The notes beneath the pieces were generated by a model that was given only the letters and a program-made list of their open reading frames with translations, did no database searches and was not told the DNA's origin. Positions 10,052 to 19,906 of a stretch of DNA of 49,625 nucleotides are shown here, one piece after another (the first letter of the stretch is position 1; the number at the start of each line of letters is the position of its first letter). The DNA lies in the sequence record SRR31156797_6140. One strand, given 5' to 3'. Made by a program: the position numbers and the translations under genes.

Positions 10052-10851
10052 AAGTAGCTGCCATAAATAGCTGGTCAGAACCTTTGCAAATTTCTCAAAA
10101 TATAGAGAGAATGGAAGGTTTACTCATACAATTACGGAAAAAGCAGGTTCGTTATGCTTTGTTTCCCGAGTTGGGAGTCTCCGGATATTTAAATTCGCAG
10201 CATCTTTTAGCCAAATATGAAAGCCTGCATTTGGATGCACTTCAGTCCATACAATCCTTATCTGCAAATTTTCCAGAAATGTATATTTCCCTTGGATTGC
10301 CAATGCCGCAACACGGAGGATGGGCCATCGCTCAGTTGACTTTGCTGGGCGGAGAAATAGTCGGTGAGCATTACAAAACGCATTTATCGGTACATGAATT
10401 GGAGAATTATATCCCCGGAAATCAGCTCGAACTAACTGCGGTAGATACTTTTAATTTAGGTTTACATCTTTGTTTGGAAAGTCATTATCCAGAATTAAGT
10501 CTGATGTATCAGGATATGGGAGCTGAATTATTAGCCTATGCTTTTGCTTCGCCACGCGAAACTCCAAATGAAAAGTCAGAACGTTTTGCTATGCTTTTAA
10601 AAGCAAGAGCTTATGATAATTGCTGTTTTGTGATGGCTTGCAATCAAACAGGTAAAACACCCAGTGGAAAAAATTATGCAGGAGCAGCCTTGATCATTTC
10701 GCCTAGAGGAAAAATAGTGGCACAAAGTAATGGATGGGAATCTAATTATTGTGTGGCAGAAATTGATCGGAAAGATATTCTGAGAATTAAGCATAGTAGG
10801 ATGAGTCATTTTCCAACATACAGGAATACGGTATTTGAACTAAAGTTTTGA
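10048..10851 (+). CDS. Nitrilase-superfamily carbon-nitrogen hydrolase
   Basis: Glu-Lys-Cys triad motifs FPELGVSGY, YKTHL and LCLESHYPE; ARAYDN; NQTG. Confidence 0.88.
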   Translation: MKVAAINSWSEPLQISQNIERMEGLLIQLRKKQVRYALFPELGVSGYLNSQHLLAKYESLHLDALQSIQSLSANFPEMYISLGLPMPQHGGWAIAQLTLLGGEIVGEHYKTHLSVHELENYIPGNQLELTAVDTFNLGLHLCLESHYPELSLMYQDMGAELLAYAFASPRETPNEKSERFAMLLKARAYDNCCFVMACNQTGKTPSGKNYAGAALIISPRGKIVAQSNGWESNYCVAEIDRKDILRIKHSRMSHFPTYRNTVFELKF

Positions 10852-10862
10852 GAACAGAAGCA

Positions 10863-12179
10863 ATGGAAAATATAAATAAAACAGCGTTCTTAATCGCTGC
10901 TCCTAAAAGTAATAGCGGCAAAACTATCGTCAGTTTAGGCCTGATGGAAGCCTTACGCCAGAGGGGAATGCAGGTGCAGGCGTTTAAATGTGGACCGGAT
11001 TATATCGATCCGATGCATCATCAGCAAGTTACTGGTAATTCATCTTACAATTTGGATACCTGGATGATGGAAGAAGATCATATGCAGGAAATCTTTAACA
11101 AGCATGCATGCAAATCCGATGTTGCCATAGTAGAAGGAGTTATGGGCTTGTTTGATGGAGCAGTGAAAGATAAAGGTAGTTCTGCCGAAATAGCCAGACT
11201 ATTAGATATTCCTGTTGTGTTAGTGGTAGATGCTTCTTCTGTGGCTTATTCTATTTCGCCGCTTTTGTATGGCTTTAAGCATTTTGATAGCCGATTAAAG
11301 TTGGCTGGTGTTATTTTTAATAAAGTGAGTGGTGAATCGCATTACAAATTTTTAAAAGAAGCAGCTGATGATGTGGGTATTGAGTCTTTAGGCTTTCTTC
11401 CAAAAAATAGCGAATTAGTTATGGAATCGCGGCATTTAGGCTTGCATATGCCGCAAGATCAGGATTCTGGCAAATCGGTAAAGCTCGCCGCAGAATTGCT
11501 TGATAAACATGTGGATATTGATCACCTAATGAAGAATTGCACGAAAGATATTTCTGAGTATTCTCCTCAAGTGCAAGTTCGAAAAAATGAAATCAAAACC
11601 ATTGCCGTAGCGAATGATGAGGCTTTTAATTTTATGTATCCTGCTAATTTAAATGCTTTGCAGGAAATAGGAGAGGTGTCGTTTTTTAGTCCTTTACGGG
11701 ATGCAGAACTTCCTGAAGCAGATGTAGTATGGTTGCCAGGTGGATATCCAGAGCTTTATGCCAAGGAATTATCTCAAAACAAGGAAATGATAAGTTCTAT
11801 TAAAGCATTTTCAGATAACGGAGGCCGTTTAATTGCAGAATGTGGAGGGATGATGTATTTAGGAAAATCCCTGTTTACAGATGATGATAGTGAGCTTTCA
11901 ATGTGTGGAATATTTGATTATAAAACATCTTCAAAAAATACAAAGCTAACCTTAGGCTACAGAAAATTACAGATCAAAGATGAAATTTATTTTGGTCATG
12001 AGTTTCATTATTCAAAGCTTTTAGAAACCAGTGGAGCAGATGGTTCTTACAAGGCTTTTTCTGCCAGAGAAAGAGAAATTGACATGCCGGTATTTCGCAA
12101 AGAAAGAGCTTGGTCTTCTTATATGCATTTGTATTTGGGGCAATCAGAAAAAATGGAATCCTTTTTAAAAAAGATATAG
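10863..12179 (+). CDS. cbiA: Cobyrinate a,c-diamide synthase
   Basis: SNSGKT, FKCGPDYIDP, EGVMGLFDG, and glutaminase motifs AECGGMMYL and GHEFHYS. ATG 10863 or TTG 10848. Confidence 0.95.
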   Translation: MENINKTAFLIAAPKSNSGKTIVSLGLMEALRQRGMQVQAFKCGPDYIDPMHHQQVTGNSSYNLDTWMMEEDHMQEIFNKHACKSDVAIVEGVMGLFDGAVKDKGSSAEIARLLDIPVVLVVDASSVAYSISPLLYGFKHFDSRLKLAGVIFNKVSGESHYKFLKEAADDVGIESLGFLPKNSELVMESRHLGLHMPQDQDSGKSVKLAAELLDKHVDIDHLMKNCTKDISEYSPQVQVRKNEIKTIAVANDEAFNFMYPANLNALQEIGEVSFFSPLRDAELPEADVVWLPGGYPELYAKELSQNKEMISSIKAFSDNGGRLIAECGGMMYLGKSLFTDDDSELSMCGIFDYKTSSKNTKLTLGYRKLQIKDEIYFGHEFHYSKLLETSGADGSYKAFSAREREIDMPVFRKERAWSSYMHLYLGQSEKMESFLKKI

Positions 12180-12180
12180 G

Positions 12181-12894
12181 ATGGAAATGTCAGAAGTAGC
12201 AATTAAAATTGGTTTTACCGGTGTAGCACTGGGACCAGGAGATCCTGAGTTAATTACTGTAAAGGGATTAAAAGCATTGCAAAATGCCGATGTTATATAC
12301 TATGCGGCTAGCAAAATTGATAAGAATGGGGTTCAAAGTTATTCCAAAAACATATTGGATAGTTATCAACTGAATGCGCCTTGTAAGCCCTTGCATTTTC
12401 CGATGACCGGAAAAAACAGGGCTGTTTTTTATAAACAGGCTTATGAGAAACTTAAGCGTGATGCACAGGAAGGATTAAAAGTAGTAATGGTAACCGAGGG
12501 TGATTTAGGGTTTTACAGCACTTTTGGTTATATCATGAAATTGGCAAAAAAAGATGAAATCGCAGTAAATGCTATTCCCGGAGTGCCCGCATTTATAGCT
12601 GGTGGAGCCCAAAGTGGTTTTCCCATTGTAGAAGGAGATCGACATTTTACGACCATCGCTTTACCCAAAAGTTTTGAGGATATAAAGTCACGTTTAAATG
12701 AAAAACAGGCTTTAGTTGTGATGAAAATGAAAGTACTCAATGGCTGGTTTGAATTTTTGAGCTCAGTTGAAAGAGAATTTATTTATGTAGAAAAGATAGG
12801 AACGGTGGATGAGTTTATAACGAGTGATGTTGCAGATTTAAAAGATAGAAGTATTCCATATTTCGCACTAATCATTTTTCCTGGAGTCGAATGA
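12181..12894 (+). CDS. cbiL: Cobalt-precorrin-2 C20-methyltransferase
   Basis: GVALGPGDPELITVK, TEGDLGFYSTF, IPGVPAF, VVMK and PYFALI motifs. Confidence 0.88.
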   Translation: MEMSEVAIKIGFTGVALGPGDPELITVKGLKALQNADVIYYAASKIDKNGVQSYSKNILDSYQLNAPCKPLHFPMTGKNRAVFYKQAYEKLKRDAQEGLKVVMVTEGDLGFYSTFGYIMKLAKKDEIAVNAIPGVPAFIAGGAQSGFPIVEGDRHFTTIALPKSFEDIKSRLNEKQALVVMKMKVLNGWFEFLSSVEREFIYVEKIGTVDEFITSDVADLKDRSIPYFALIIFPGVE

Positions 12895-12929
12895 TGAAAC
12901 ATTATGACAGGTTAGTATTGTATTAGCTG

Positions 12930-13122
12930 GCTTACCGCATTCATGTAAAAGCGTTAAGAAAATTATTAACCAAACGTTAAGAAAGAAAAGCTGTTTGAGC
13001 TTTTGCGAGTTCTTTTCTTTTAGTGAAGGGTAATGATTTTTAGCTTTTTCATGGTAGCGGCGGCTTTTTTTGTTTCGTTTTTGCAGCTGTAGGTAAAAAT
13101 GAAAAGCCCGTCGGCTTGAGAC
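12930..13122. repeat. Long imperfect inverted-repeat element (MITE-like or structured ncRNA) inside the cob operon
   Basis: Nested pairings CCGC/GCGG, CATG/CATG, AAAAGC/GCTTTT, AAAATTATTA/TAATGATTTT and AAAGAAAAG/CTTTTCTTT, plus a second hairpin TTTCGTTTTTGC/GTAAAAATGAAA. Confidence 0.6.
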
Positions 13123-13185
13123 AAAGAATATTAAATTATTGAGAAAAAGATTATTTGATTATCAGGGATAAAAGAGAAGAACAGA

Positions 13186-14586
13186 ATGAATAAAATATAT
13201 AGCATAGGAATAGGTCCAGGAGGAGATGATTATATTACTCCTCAAGCCCAAAAAGCCATCGAAGAATCTCAAATCGTTATTGGTTATAAATATTACGTGG
13301 GATTGATAGCTCATTTAATCCAAGGTAAAGATACTTTCGATACTGGAATGAAAAAAGAACGAGATAGAGCTGAGGAGGCATTTCGTTTGGCTAAAGAGGG
13401 AAAAACGGTGGCTGTTATCAGTAGTGGCGATTCCGGCGTTTATGGAATGGCATCTTTACTTTGGGAAATGAAAGTAGAAGAAAAAGCCGATACTTCTATT
13501 GAAGTTGTTCCCGGTATTAGTGCCATGATGGCTGCTGCGGCAAAGTTAGGAGCTCCTCTGGCACATGATTTCTGTTCCATTTCCATGTCAGATCTGCTAA
13601 CCTCTTGGAACACCATTGAAAAAAGAATTCATGCAGCAGCCTCAGCCGATTTTGTAACCGCTGTTTATAATCCTAAAAGCAATGAGCGTTTTTGGCAATT
13701 GGAACGGCTTCGAAATATTTTTCTGGAAAAGCGATCTCCGGATACACCAGTAGGTATTGCTCGTCAGATTGGACGAGAGGAAGAAACCATTAGTATTACC
13801 ACCTTACGGGATTTTGATGTAAATGTAGTAGATATGTTTACAGTGGTGATTATTGGTAATTCTCAATCTTTTGGATTTCAAAATAAAGTGATAACACCAA
13901 GAGGTTACTATCAAAACAAAAATCAGCATAAAGATCAGATTGGCCGTCAAATTATGAATAAAAGTTTTCAGTCAATTCTAGATCAGTTGAATGCAGGAAA
14001 TTATGCTCTCGACCATCTTTGGGTGGCATTACATGCGATTCATACAACAGCAGACTTTAGCATGGCAGATACTTTGGTTTTATCTCAGGATGTCATTAAC
14101 CGTTTGCATCAAGCATTTTATTCGGGAAATACACCTGTAATTATTACCGACGTAAATATGGTAACGCAAGGTATTCGAAAGAACATTGCAGAAAGCTTGG
14201 GTTTGGAGATTAAATGTTATCTGAACGATGAGCGAACAAAAATTAGAGCAGAAGACAAAGGAATTACCCGCACGCAAGCAGGTATTCAGCTGGCAGTAGA
14301 AGAGCATCCGGAAGCATTGTTTGTTTTTGGTAATGCTCCCACAGCTTTAATGGAACTGGTAAAACATATTCGAAAAGAGAAAGCAAATCCGGTTGGGGTA
14401 ATTGCAGCTCCGGTCGGTTTTGTCAATGTGCAGGAATCTAAATGGCAACTGCAATATGGTTGTGCTCAAATTCCTCATGTTATTGTGAGTGGTCGCAAGG
14501 GTGGAAGTAATATTGCAGCGACGATTATTAATGCCATTTTATCCTGGGATGAGGCCAAAGAAATGCATCCGGGAAAAGGATTGTAA
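13186..14586 (+). CDS. cbiHC: Precorrin-3B C17-methyltransferase / precorrin-8X methylmutase fusion
   Basis: N-half GIGPG, SSGDSGVYGMAS, GAPLAHDF, YNPKS, TPRGY; C-half IHTTADF, FGNAPTAL, APVGFVNV, GRKGGS. Confidence 0.92.
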   Translation: MNKIYSIGIGPGGDDYITPQAQKAIEESQIVIGYKYYVGLIAHLIQGKDTFDTGMKKERDRAEEAFRLAKEGKTVAVISSGDSGVYGMASLLWEMKVEEKADTSIEVVPGISAMMAAAAKLGAPLAHDFCSISMSDLLTSWNTIEKRIHAAASADFVTAVYNPKSNERFWQLERLRNIFLEKRSPDTPVGIARQIGREEETISITTLRDFDVNVVDMFTVVIIGNSQSFGFQNKVITPRGYYQNKNQHKDQIGRQIMNKSFQSILDQLNAGNYALDHLWVALHAIHTTADFSMADTLVLSQDVINRLHQAFYSGNTPVIITDVNMVTQGIRKNIAESLGLEIKCYLNDERTKIRAEDKGITRTQAGIQLAVEEHPEALFVFGNAPTALMELVKHIRKEKANPVGVIAAPVGFVNVQESKWQLQYGCAQIPHVIVSGRKGGSNIAATIINAILSWDEAKEMHPGKGL

Positions 14587-14598
14587 AGACAGCTTTGA

Positions 14599-15813
14599 AT
14601 GAAGAAATCAATGATCAAAGAAAAAAATATCACAGTAATTGGAATTGGAGATCAACAGCCTGTTTTTTCAGAAGAAATAAAAGCATTGATTCAATCCAGT
14701 CGCTTTTTCTCAGGGGGAAAGCGTCATCATCAATGGGTAAAGGACTTTTTACCGGACGATGCTCATTGGGTAGAAATTACTGTGCCTTTAAGCCATGTGA
14801 TACAATCGATAAAGGAGCAGGATCAAGATTGGGTGGTGTTTGCATCTGGTGATCCACTGTTTTTTGGTATTGCTAATACATTAAAAAGAGAAATTCCCAA
14901 TGCTCCATTAAAGGTAATTCCATCGTTTAATGCTATTCAGTTATTAGGTCATCGTTTGGGCGTAAACTATGGAGAATACAAAATGGTGACTTTAACAGGG
15001 CGTCCCTGGGTGGAGTTTGATAAAGCTTTGGTTCAGCGAGAAAGCAAAATTGCTGTTTTAACCGACCGAAAAAAAACACCATCAGTCATTGCGCAAAGGA
15101 TGTTGGATGCTGGAATGGATGATTATACCATGGAAGTAGGAGAGTGCTTGGGAGGGGCGAGTGAGCAAATTTTTTCAATGTCGGTTGAGGAGGTTTCCAG
15201 GAACGAGTTTAAAGCACCCAATTGTATGTTATTAAGAAAGGTAGAAAGTACTCCTGCGCAAAAGGGAATTGTAGAAGGTGAATTTAAAACATTGGAAGGA
15301 AGGCCTAATATGATTACCAAAATGCCGGTACGTTTAACCACTTTATCATTGATGCAATTGCATACTAAAAAAGTTTTTTGGGATGTGGGAGCCTGTTCTG
15401 GAAGCGTGTCTATTGAAGCAAAGTTGAATTATCCACATCTAGAGGTGATTCCTTTTGAGATAAGACCCGAGTGTAAAGAAATTATCAATGAAAATAAACG
15501 GAAATTTAAAGTACCAGGGTTAAATCCCCAAATTGGTGATTTTTCTGCTTTGGATAAGAGAGATTTTCCTAAACCGGATGCTGTTTTTTTAGGCGGATAC
15601 GGAGGGAAGATGCATGCTATATTGGACGAGGTCAACTCTTATTTGCATGAGAATGGTATAATTGCTTTTAACTCTGTTAGCAAAGATAGTGCTCAAGCTT
15701 TTAAGGAATGGATTCAATTGCGAAATTTCAAATGCCTTACAGAATGTAGTGTTTCTGTGGATACCTATAATCCCATTCAAATTATAGTGGTGCAAAAAGA
15801 AGAGGAACTATAA
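14599..15813 (+). CDS. cbiET: Precorrin-6Y C5,15-methyltransferase (decarboxylating)
   Basis: GGKRH, FASGDPLFFGI, MITKMPVR, FWDVGACSGSVSIE and PDAVFLGG motifs. Confidence 0.92.
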   Translation: MKKSMIKEKNITVIGIGDQQPVFSEEIKALIQSSRFFSGGKRHHQWVKDFLPDDAHWVEITVPLSHVIQSIKEQDQDWVVFASGDPLFFGIANTLKREIPNAPLKVIPSFNAIQLLGHRLGVNYGEYKMVTLTGRPWVEFDKALVQRESKIAVLTDRKKTPSVIAQRMLDAGMDDYTMEVGECLGGASEQIFSMSVEEVSRNEFKAPNCMLLRKVESTPAQKGIVEGEFKTLEGRPNMITKMPVRLTTLSLMQLHTKKVFWDVGACSGSVSIEAKLNYPHLEVIPFEIRPECKEIINENKRKFKVPGLNPQIGDFSALDKRDFPKPDAVFLGGYGGKMHAILDEVNSYLHENGIIAFNSVSKDSAQAFKEWIQLRNFKCLTECSVSVDTYNPIQIIVVQKEEEL

Positions 15814-15828
15814 CTCAAATCAACAAAA

Positions 15829-17622
15829 ATGAATCAAAAGAAACTATATATTATTACGCATTCCGATGAAGGAGAAAAGTTGGGAAATCGTATTTTATCT
15901 TTGGGAATTGAAGGTGTTTTGTTTCGCTCTCCAGATAACTTTGATGAATTATGGTCGAAAGCTGAAGCTTTTTTGTTTATCGGAGCCATGGGGATTTGTG
16001 TGCGAACGATTGCCCCATATTTAATAGATAAGTTTACCGATCCAGCTGTTATAAATATGGATACAAAAGCCAGTTTTATCCAATCCGTATTGTCCGGACA
16101 TATTGGAGGTGCCAACGAATTAACAATTGACTTGTCTAATAAAATTGGTGCTCAACCGGTAATTACTACCGTAAGTGATTGTAATAAATTGTGGTCTTTG
16201 GATACGTTGGCTAATCGCTTTAACTGGAAGATGGAATGTCATCATTCTCTAACCGGGATTATGGCGGCTTTTGTTAATCGTCGTCCTTCTGCCTTATTAT
16301 TAGAAGCAAGAGATGAAGGAACCTTGTATTTAGAAACTTCTTTACCAGATCATGTAAAAGTGTTTTATAGCGCTAAAGATATAAATGAGAGCACCATTGA
16401 CATAATCATTGCAGTTTCTCCTTTTATACACGAATTCACAAAGCCAGTATTGTATTACAGACCGGCTATGTTGAGTTTGGGATTAGGTTGCCAGAAAGGG
16501 GTTGATTCCAGATTGTTTTCCACTCAAGTAAGCCGATTGCTAAATAATAATAAGTTGTCTGTTTTGGCGTTGAGACATGTCGGTACGGTAGATATAAAAT
16601 CAGATGAGCATGCACTTTTACAATTTGCTGATGCCATCAATTTACCACTGCAAACCTTTGGTGGCGACATATTATCTCAATATGATATTCCAAATCCTTC
16701 CAATAAAGTTGAAAGTGTAACTGGATCAAAAGGTGTAGCGGAAGCTGTTGCTATGCACCTTTCAAAAAATGAGCTTTACCTTGAAAAAACGAAAGAACAA
16801 GTAGAAGGTAAGTTTTTTACCATGGCGATTGCTATTGAAAAGAGTATGGAACGCAAAGGAATGGTTGAAATTGTAGGAGCTGGTCCCGGTGATCCCGAGT
16901 TGGTTTCTGTTAGGGGAAAGAGGTTTTTACAAACAGCCGATTTAATTTTGTATGCAGGAAGTTTGGTTCCTAAAGAATTGACACATTATGCCAAATCAGG
17001 ATGTGTTGTCAAAAGTTCTGCGGGAATGGATTTGGAAACACAAATTGAAACCATGAAATCTTTTTATGACAGAGGCTTGTTTATAGTACGATTACACACT
17101 GGCGATCCTTGTATTTATGGTGCCATTCAGGAACAAATGGCTCGCATGGATGAATTAAATATGCAATATCATATTACTCCGGGTATTTCTTCTTTTCAGG
17201 CTGCAGCAGCGGCTTTGCAATCGCAATTTACAATTCCGGAAGAGGTGCAAAGTATTATTTTAACGAGAGGAGAGGGGCGTACTCCTATGCCAGAAAAGGA
17301 GCAGCTGCATAAATTAGCTCAATCGCAAAGTACCATGTGTATTTACCTGAGTGCATCAATTGCCGAAAAGGTTCAGGATGAATTGTTGGTACATTACCCT
17401 ACTGATACACCAGTTGCAGTATGTTATAAACTAAGCTGGAAAGATGAAAAAATATGGAAGACGACATTAAGTCAACTTGCTCAAACAATTGAGGAAAATA
17501 ATTTAAGCATGACAACCATGATTGTGGTTGGAAAAGCTATTGGAAACCGAAGTGGTGAATCTAAATTGTATCATCATCAATTTACACATGCATTCAGGAA
17601 AGGATTAGAGGTAAAAGGATAA
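15829..17622 (+). CDS. cbiGF: Cobalt-precorrin-5A hydrolase / precorrin-4 C11-methyltransferase fusion
   Basis: N-half GAMGICVR, DPAV, LSGHIGGAN, GLGCQKG, GVAEA; C-half VGAGPGDPEL, YAGSLV, RLHTGDPCIYGAI, SKLYH. Confidence 0.93.
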   Translation: MNQKKLYIITHSDEGEKLGNRILSLGIEGVLFRSPDNFDELWSKAEAFLFIGAMGICVRTIAPYLIDKFTDPAVINMDTKASFIQSVLSGHIGGANELTIDLSNKIGAQPVITTVSDCNKLWSLDTLANRFNWKMECHHSLTGIMAAFVNRRPSALLLEARDEGTLYLETSLPDHVKVFYSAKDINESTIDIIIAVSPFIHEFTKPVLYYRPAMLSLGLGCQKGVDSRLFSTQVSRLLNNNKLSVLALRHVGTVDIKSDEHALLQFADAINLPLQTFGGDILSQYDIPNPSNKVESVTGSKGVAEAVAMHLSKNELYLEKTKEQVEGKFFTMAIAIEKSMERKGMVEIVGAGPGDPELVSVRGKRFLQTADLILYAGSLVPKELTHYAKSGCVVKSSAGMDLETQIETMKSFYDRGLFIVRLHTGDPCIYGAIQEQMARMDELNMQYHITPGISSFQAAAAALQSQFTIPEEVQSIILTRGEGRTPMPEKEQLHKLAQSQSTMCIYLSASIAEKVQDELLVHYPTDTPVAVCYKLSWKDEKIWKTTLSQLAQTIEENNLSMTTMIVVGKAIGNRSGESKLYHHQFTHAFRKGLEVKG

Positions 17623-17639
17623 AATATTCAGGTTCATTT

Positions 17640-19493
17640 ATGGAGGCAAACTCAAAAAAAGATATTCATATATTATTGTTTGGCGGAACAACTGAAGGAA
17701 AAAAAGCTGCCTGGCTGTTTGATCAATTAGAGATTGAATATTACTATTCAACAAAAACTAAGGTTTATTTTCAGGGCAAAGGTCAAGCTATTTTTGGAGC
17801 TATGGATAGTGCGGCAATTCAAGCGTTCAGCAGGAATCATCATATAAAACTAATTATTGATGCAGCTCATCCGTTTGCAGAGGAGTTACACCATAATATA
17901 GTTGATGCCGCGTGTCAATTACAGATTAGTACGGTACGATATGAAAGAGTTTTTTCGAATTTAGAAGAGGATAATTATCTGAGGTTATTTGACTCGTTCG
18001 AGGCAATGAATCATGCTCTATGCGCTTCGAAATTCAATTGTATTTTAGCCTTGACGGGTGTTCAAACGATCAAGAAACTAGTTAATGTATGGCAAGCTAA
18101 GATTTGTTATTTTCGGATTTTAAATACCTCACAATCGTTATCCGTTGCATTACAAAGTAGTTTGAAAAGAGAATATATCATTCAAGAGGAGCCTAATGAT
18201 GACGAAAGTAATCTTCATGAATTAATTGAGAGAACGAAAGCCCAAGTGATTTTGAGTAAAGAGAGTGGAGAGTCAGGTTTTTTTGCCCACAAATTAAAAG
18301 TAGCCAATGCCAATAAAATTCCATTGTGGGTAGTAAAAAGACCTGATTTAAAAGGCTATGATTACACAGTTGATTCTGTTATTGAATTACATTCCATTAT
18401 TTACAAATTAAAAAAAACGAAATTACGACCGGAAGGAATTACCTTAAGAAAAGGTTTTACAACAGGCAGTTGTGTTACAGCAGCAACAAAAGCTGCGTTT
18501 GTCTCTCTTTTTGAAAAGGAGTTGCCACAATCCATATCTATTATTTTGCCAGATGGATCAACTACTCGCTTTCTGACTTATCCAGAAAAGCAAGATAATT
18601 CTCATGCATCTTGCCTGGTTGTAAAAGATGCTGGTGATGATCCGGATATTATACATGGAGAACAGGTGGGGTGCAGTATTACTTTGATTCCTGAACCTGG
18701 AATTAAATATAAAAGAGGAAAAGGTGTTGGCTTAGTGACTTTAAATGGATTATCGGTGAATGTAGGAGAACCCGCTATAAATCCGGTCCCACGTCAAATG
18801 GTGACTAAGGCATTAGCGTTCTTGAGTGATGAATATGATTATCATGGAGGAATTGAGGTAACACCATTTATCCCAAAGGGGAAGGAATTAGCACTAAAAA
18901 CTTTTAATCCAAGGATAGGAATAGTAGGAGGTATTTCCATCCTGGGAACAACAGGTCGGGTGGAACCATATTCAAATGAAGCTTTTATTTCGTCAATTCA
19001 GAAGCAGTTGAAGGTAATAAAGGCTTTAAACTGCAATACTGTGGTTTTGAGTTCTGGTTTGCGAAGTGAAAAACGTTTAGCTACATATATTCAAGATGTA
19101 CCGTCTCAGGCTTTTATTCACTTTGGAAATTTGGTTGGAAAAACGCTTGAACTTTGTCGAAAAGAGAAAATAAAAGATGTTCATTTAGGCTTAATGCTAG
19201 GAAAAGCTATAAAACTTGCAGAGGGAAATTCTAATACTCATAGCAAAAAAGTAGTTTTTAATGCTGAATTTGCTGCTCAAATAGCTCAAGACTGCGGTTA
19301 TTCATTTCAAGTTGTAAAAGAAATTCAGAAATTAAAACTGGCCAATGCCATACCTGATTTAATTCCAATTCACAAAGAGGAATTGTTTTATCAGGAATTA
19401 GCCAAACGATGTTATCTAGTTTGTGAAAAGTATGTCGATTCGAATTTCACTTTCTATCTTCTGTTACCTGGAAATATTGTTATAAAGCATTAA
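17640..19493 (+). CDS. cbiJD: Precorrin-6A reductase / cobalt-precorrin-5B C1-methyltransferase fusion
   Basis: N-half FGGTTEG, IDAAHPFA, KESGESG; C-half LRKGFTTGSC, KDAGDDPD, PAINPVPR, TFNPRIGIVGGISILGTTG. Confidence 0.93.
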   Translation: MEANSKKDIHILLFGGTTEGKKAAWLFDQLEIEYYYSTKTKVYFQGKGQAIFGAMDSAAIQAFSRNHHIKLIIDAAHPFAEELHHNIVDAACQLQISTVRYERVFSNLEEDNYLRLFDSFEAMNHALCASKFNCILALTGVQTIKKLVNVWQAKICYFRILNTSQSLSVALQSSLKREYIIQEEPNDDESNLHELIERTKAQVILSKESGESGFFAHKLKVANANKIPLWVVKRPDLKGYDYTVDSVIELHSIIYKLKKTKLRPEGITLRKGFTTGSCVTAATKAAFVSLFEKELPQSISIILPDGSTTRFLTYPEKQDNSHASCLVVKDAGDDPDIIHGEQVGCSITLIPEPGIKYKRGKGVGLVTLNGLSVNVGEPAINPVPRQMVTKALAFLSDEYDYHGGIEVTPFIPKGKELALKTFNPRIGIVGGISILGTTGRVEPYSNEAFISSIQKQLKVIKALNCNTVVLSSGLRSEKRLATYIQDVPSQAFIHFGNLVGKTLELCRKEKIKDVHLGLMLGKAIKLAEGNSNTHSKKVVFNAEFAAQIAQDCGYSFQVVKEIQKLKLANAIPDLIPIHKEELFYQELAKRCYLVCEKYVDSNFTFYLLLPGNIVIKH

Positions 19494-19906
19494 AATCTTC
19501 AATGATTTATTGAAAGATCAATATCGGAGAATATTGTATTTATTTGAAATTGCTCAATTTTCTATCTCAAAATGAATGTTTTAATTAGTTGACTAATTTG
19601 TTGCCCTTGAAATCATTTTTTTTATTTAATTGGAGATCACAGAATCTATTACTATACTTTTAGAACGTTAGGTTATAATATATTATTATACTGATTTTGT
19701 TTTACTCAGAGATATAAACTAATATATCTTCCTATTTACTCAAACGTATATCTTACCTAAATGTTGAATATTTAATTAATACTATTTGCTTAAAATGTGA
19801 CTATTGTTTTGCATTCATTATATTAGTTTTGTATGGTAAAATGATAAAGAGTATAAAATTAAAACAGGTAGAGCCATAAGATTAGGTTTACAAAATTAAA
19901 CGGAGT

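Noticed and set aside
13186-19493. cbiHC, cbiET, cbiGF and cbiJD fusions as a novelty
   Set aside because: Such fusions are already known in Bacteroidales B12 clusters.
19647-19760. Short repeats (TATTAyTATACT, TTTACTCA, TATATCTT) upstream of the ricin/LamG gene
   Set aside because: Cannot be distinguished from chance in very AT-rich DNA.
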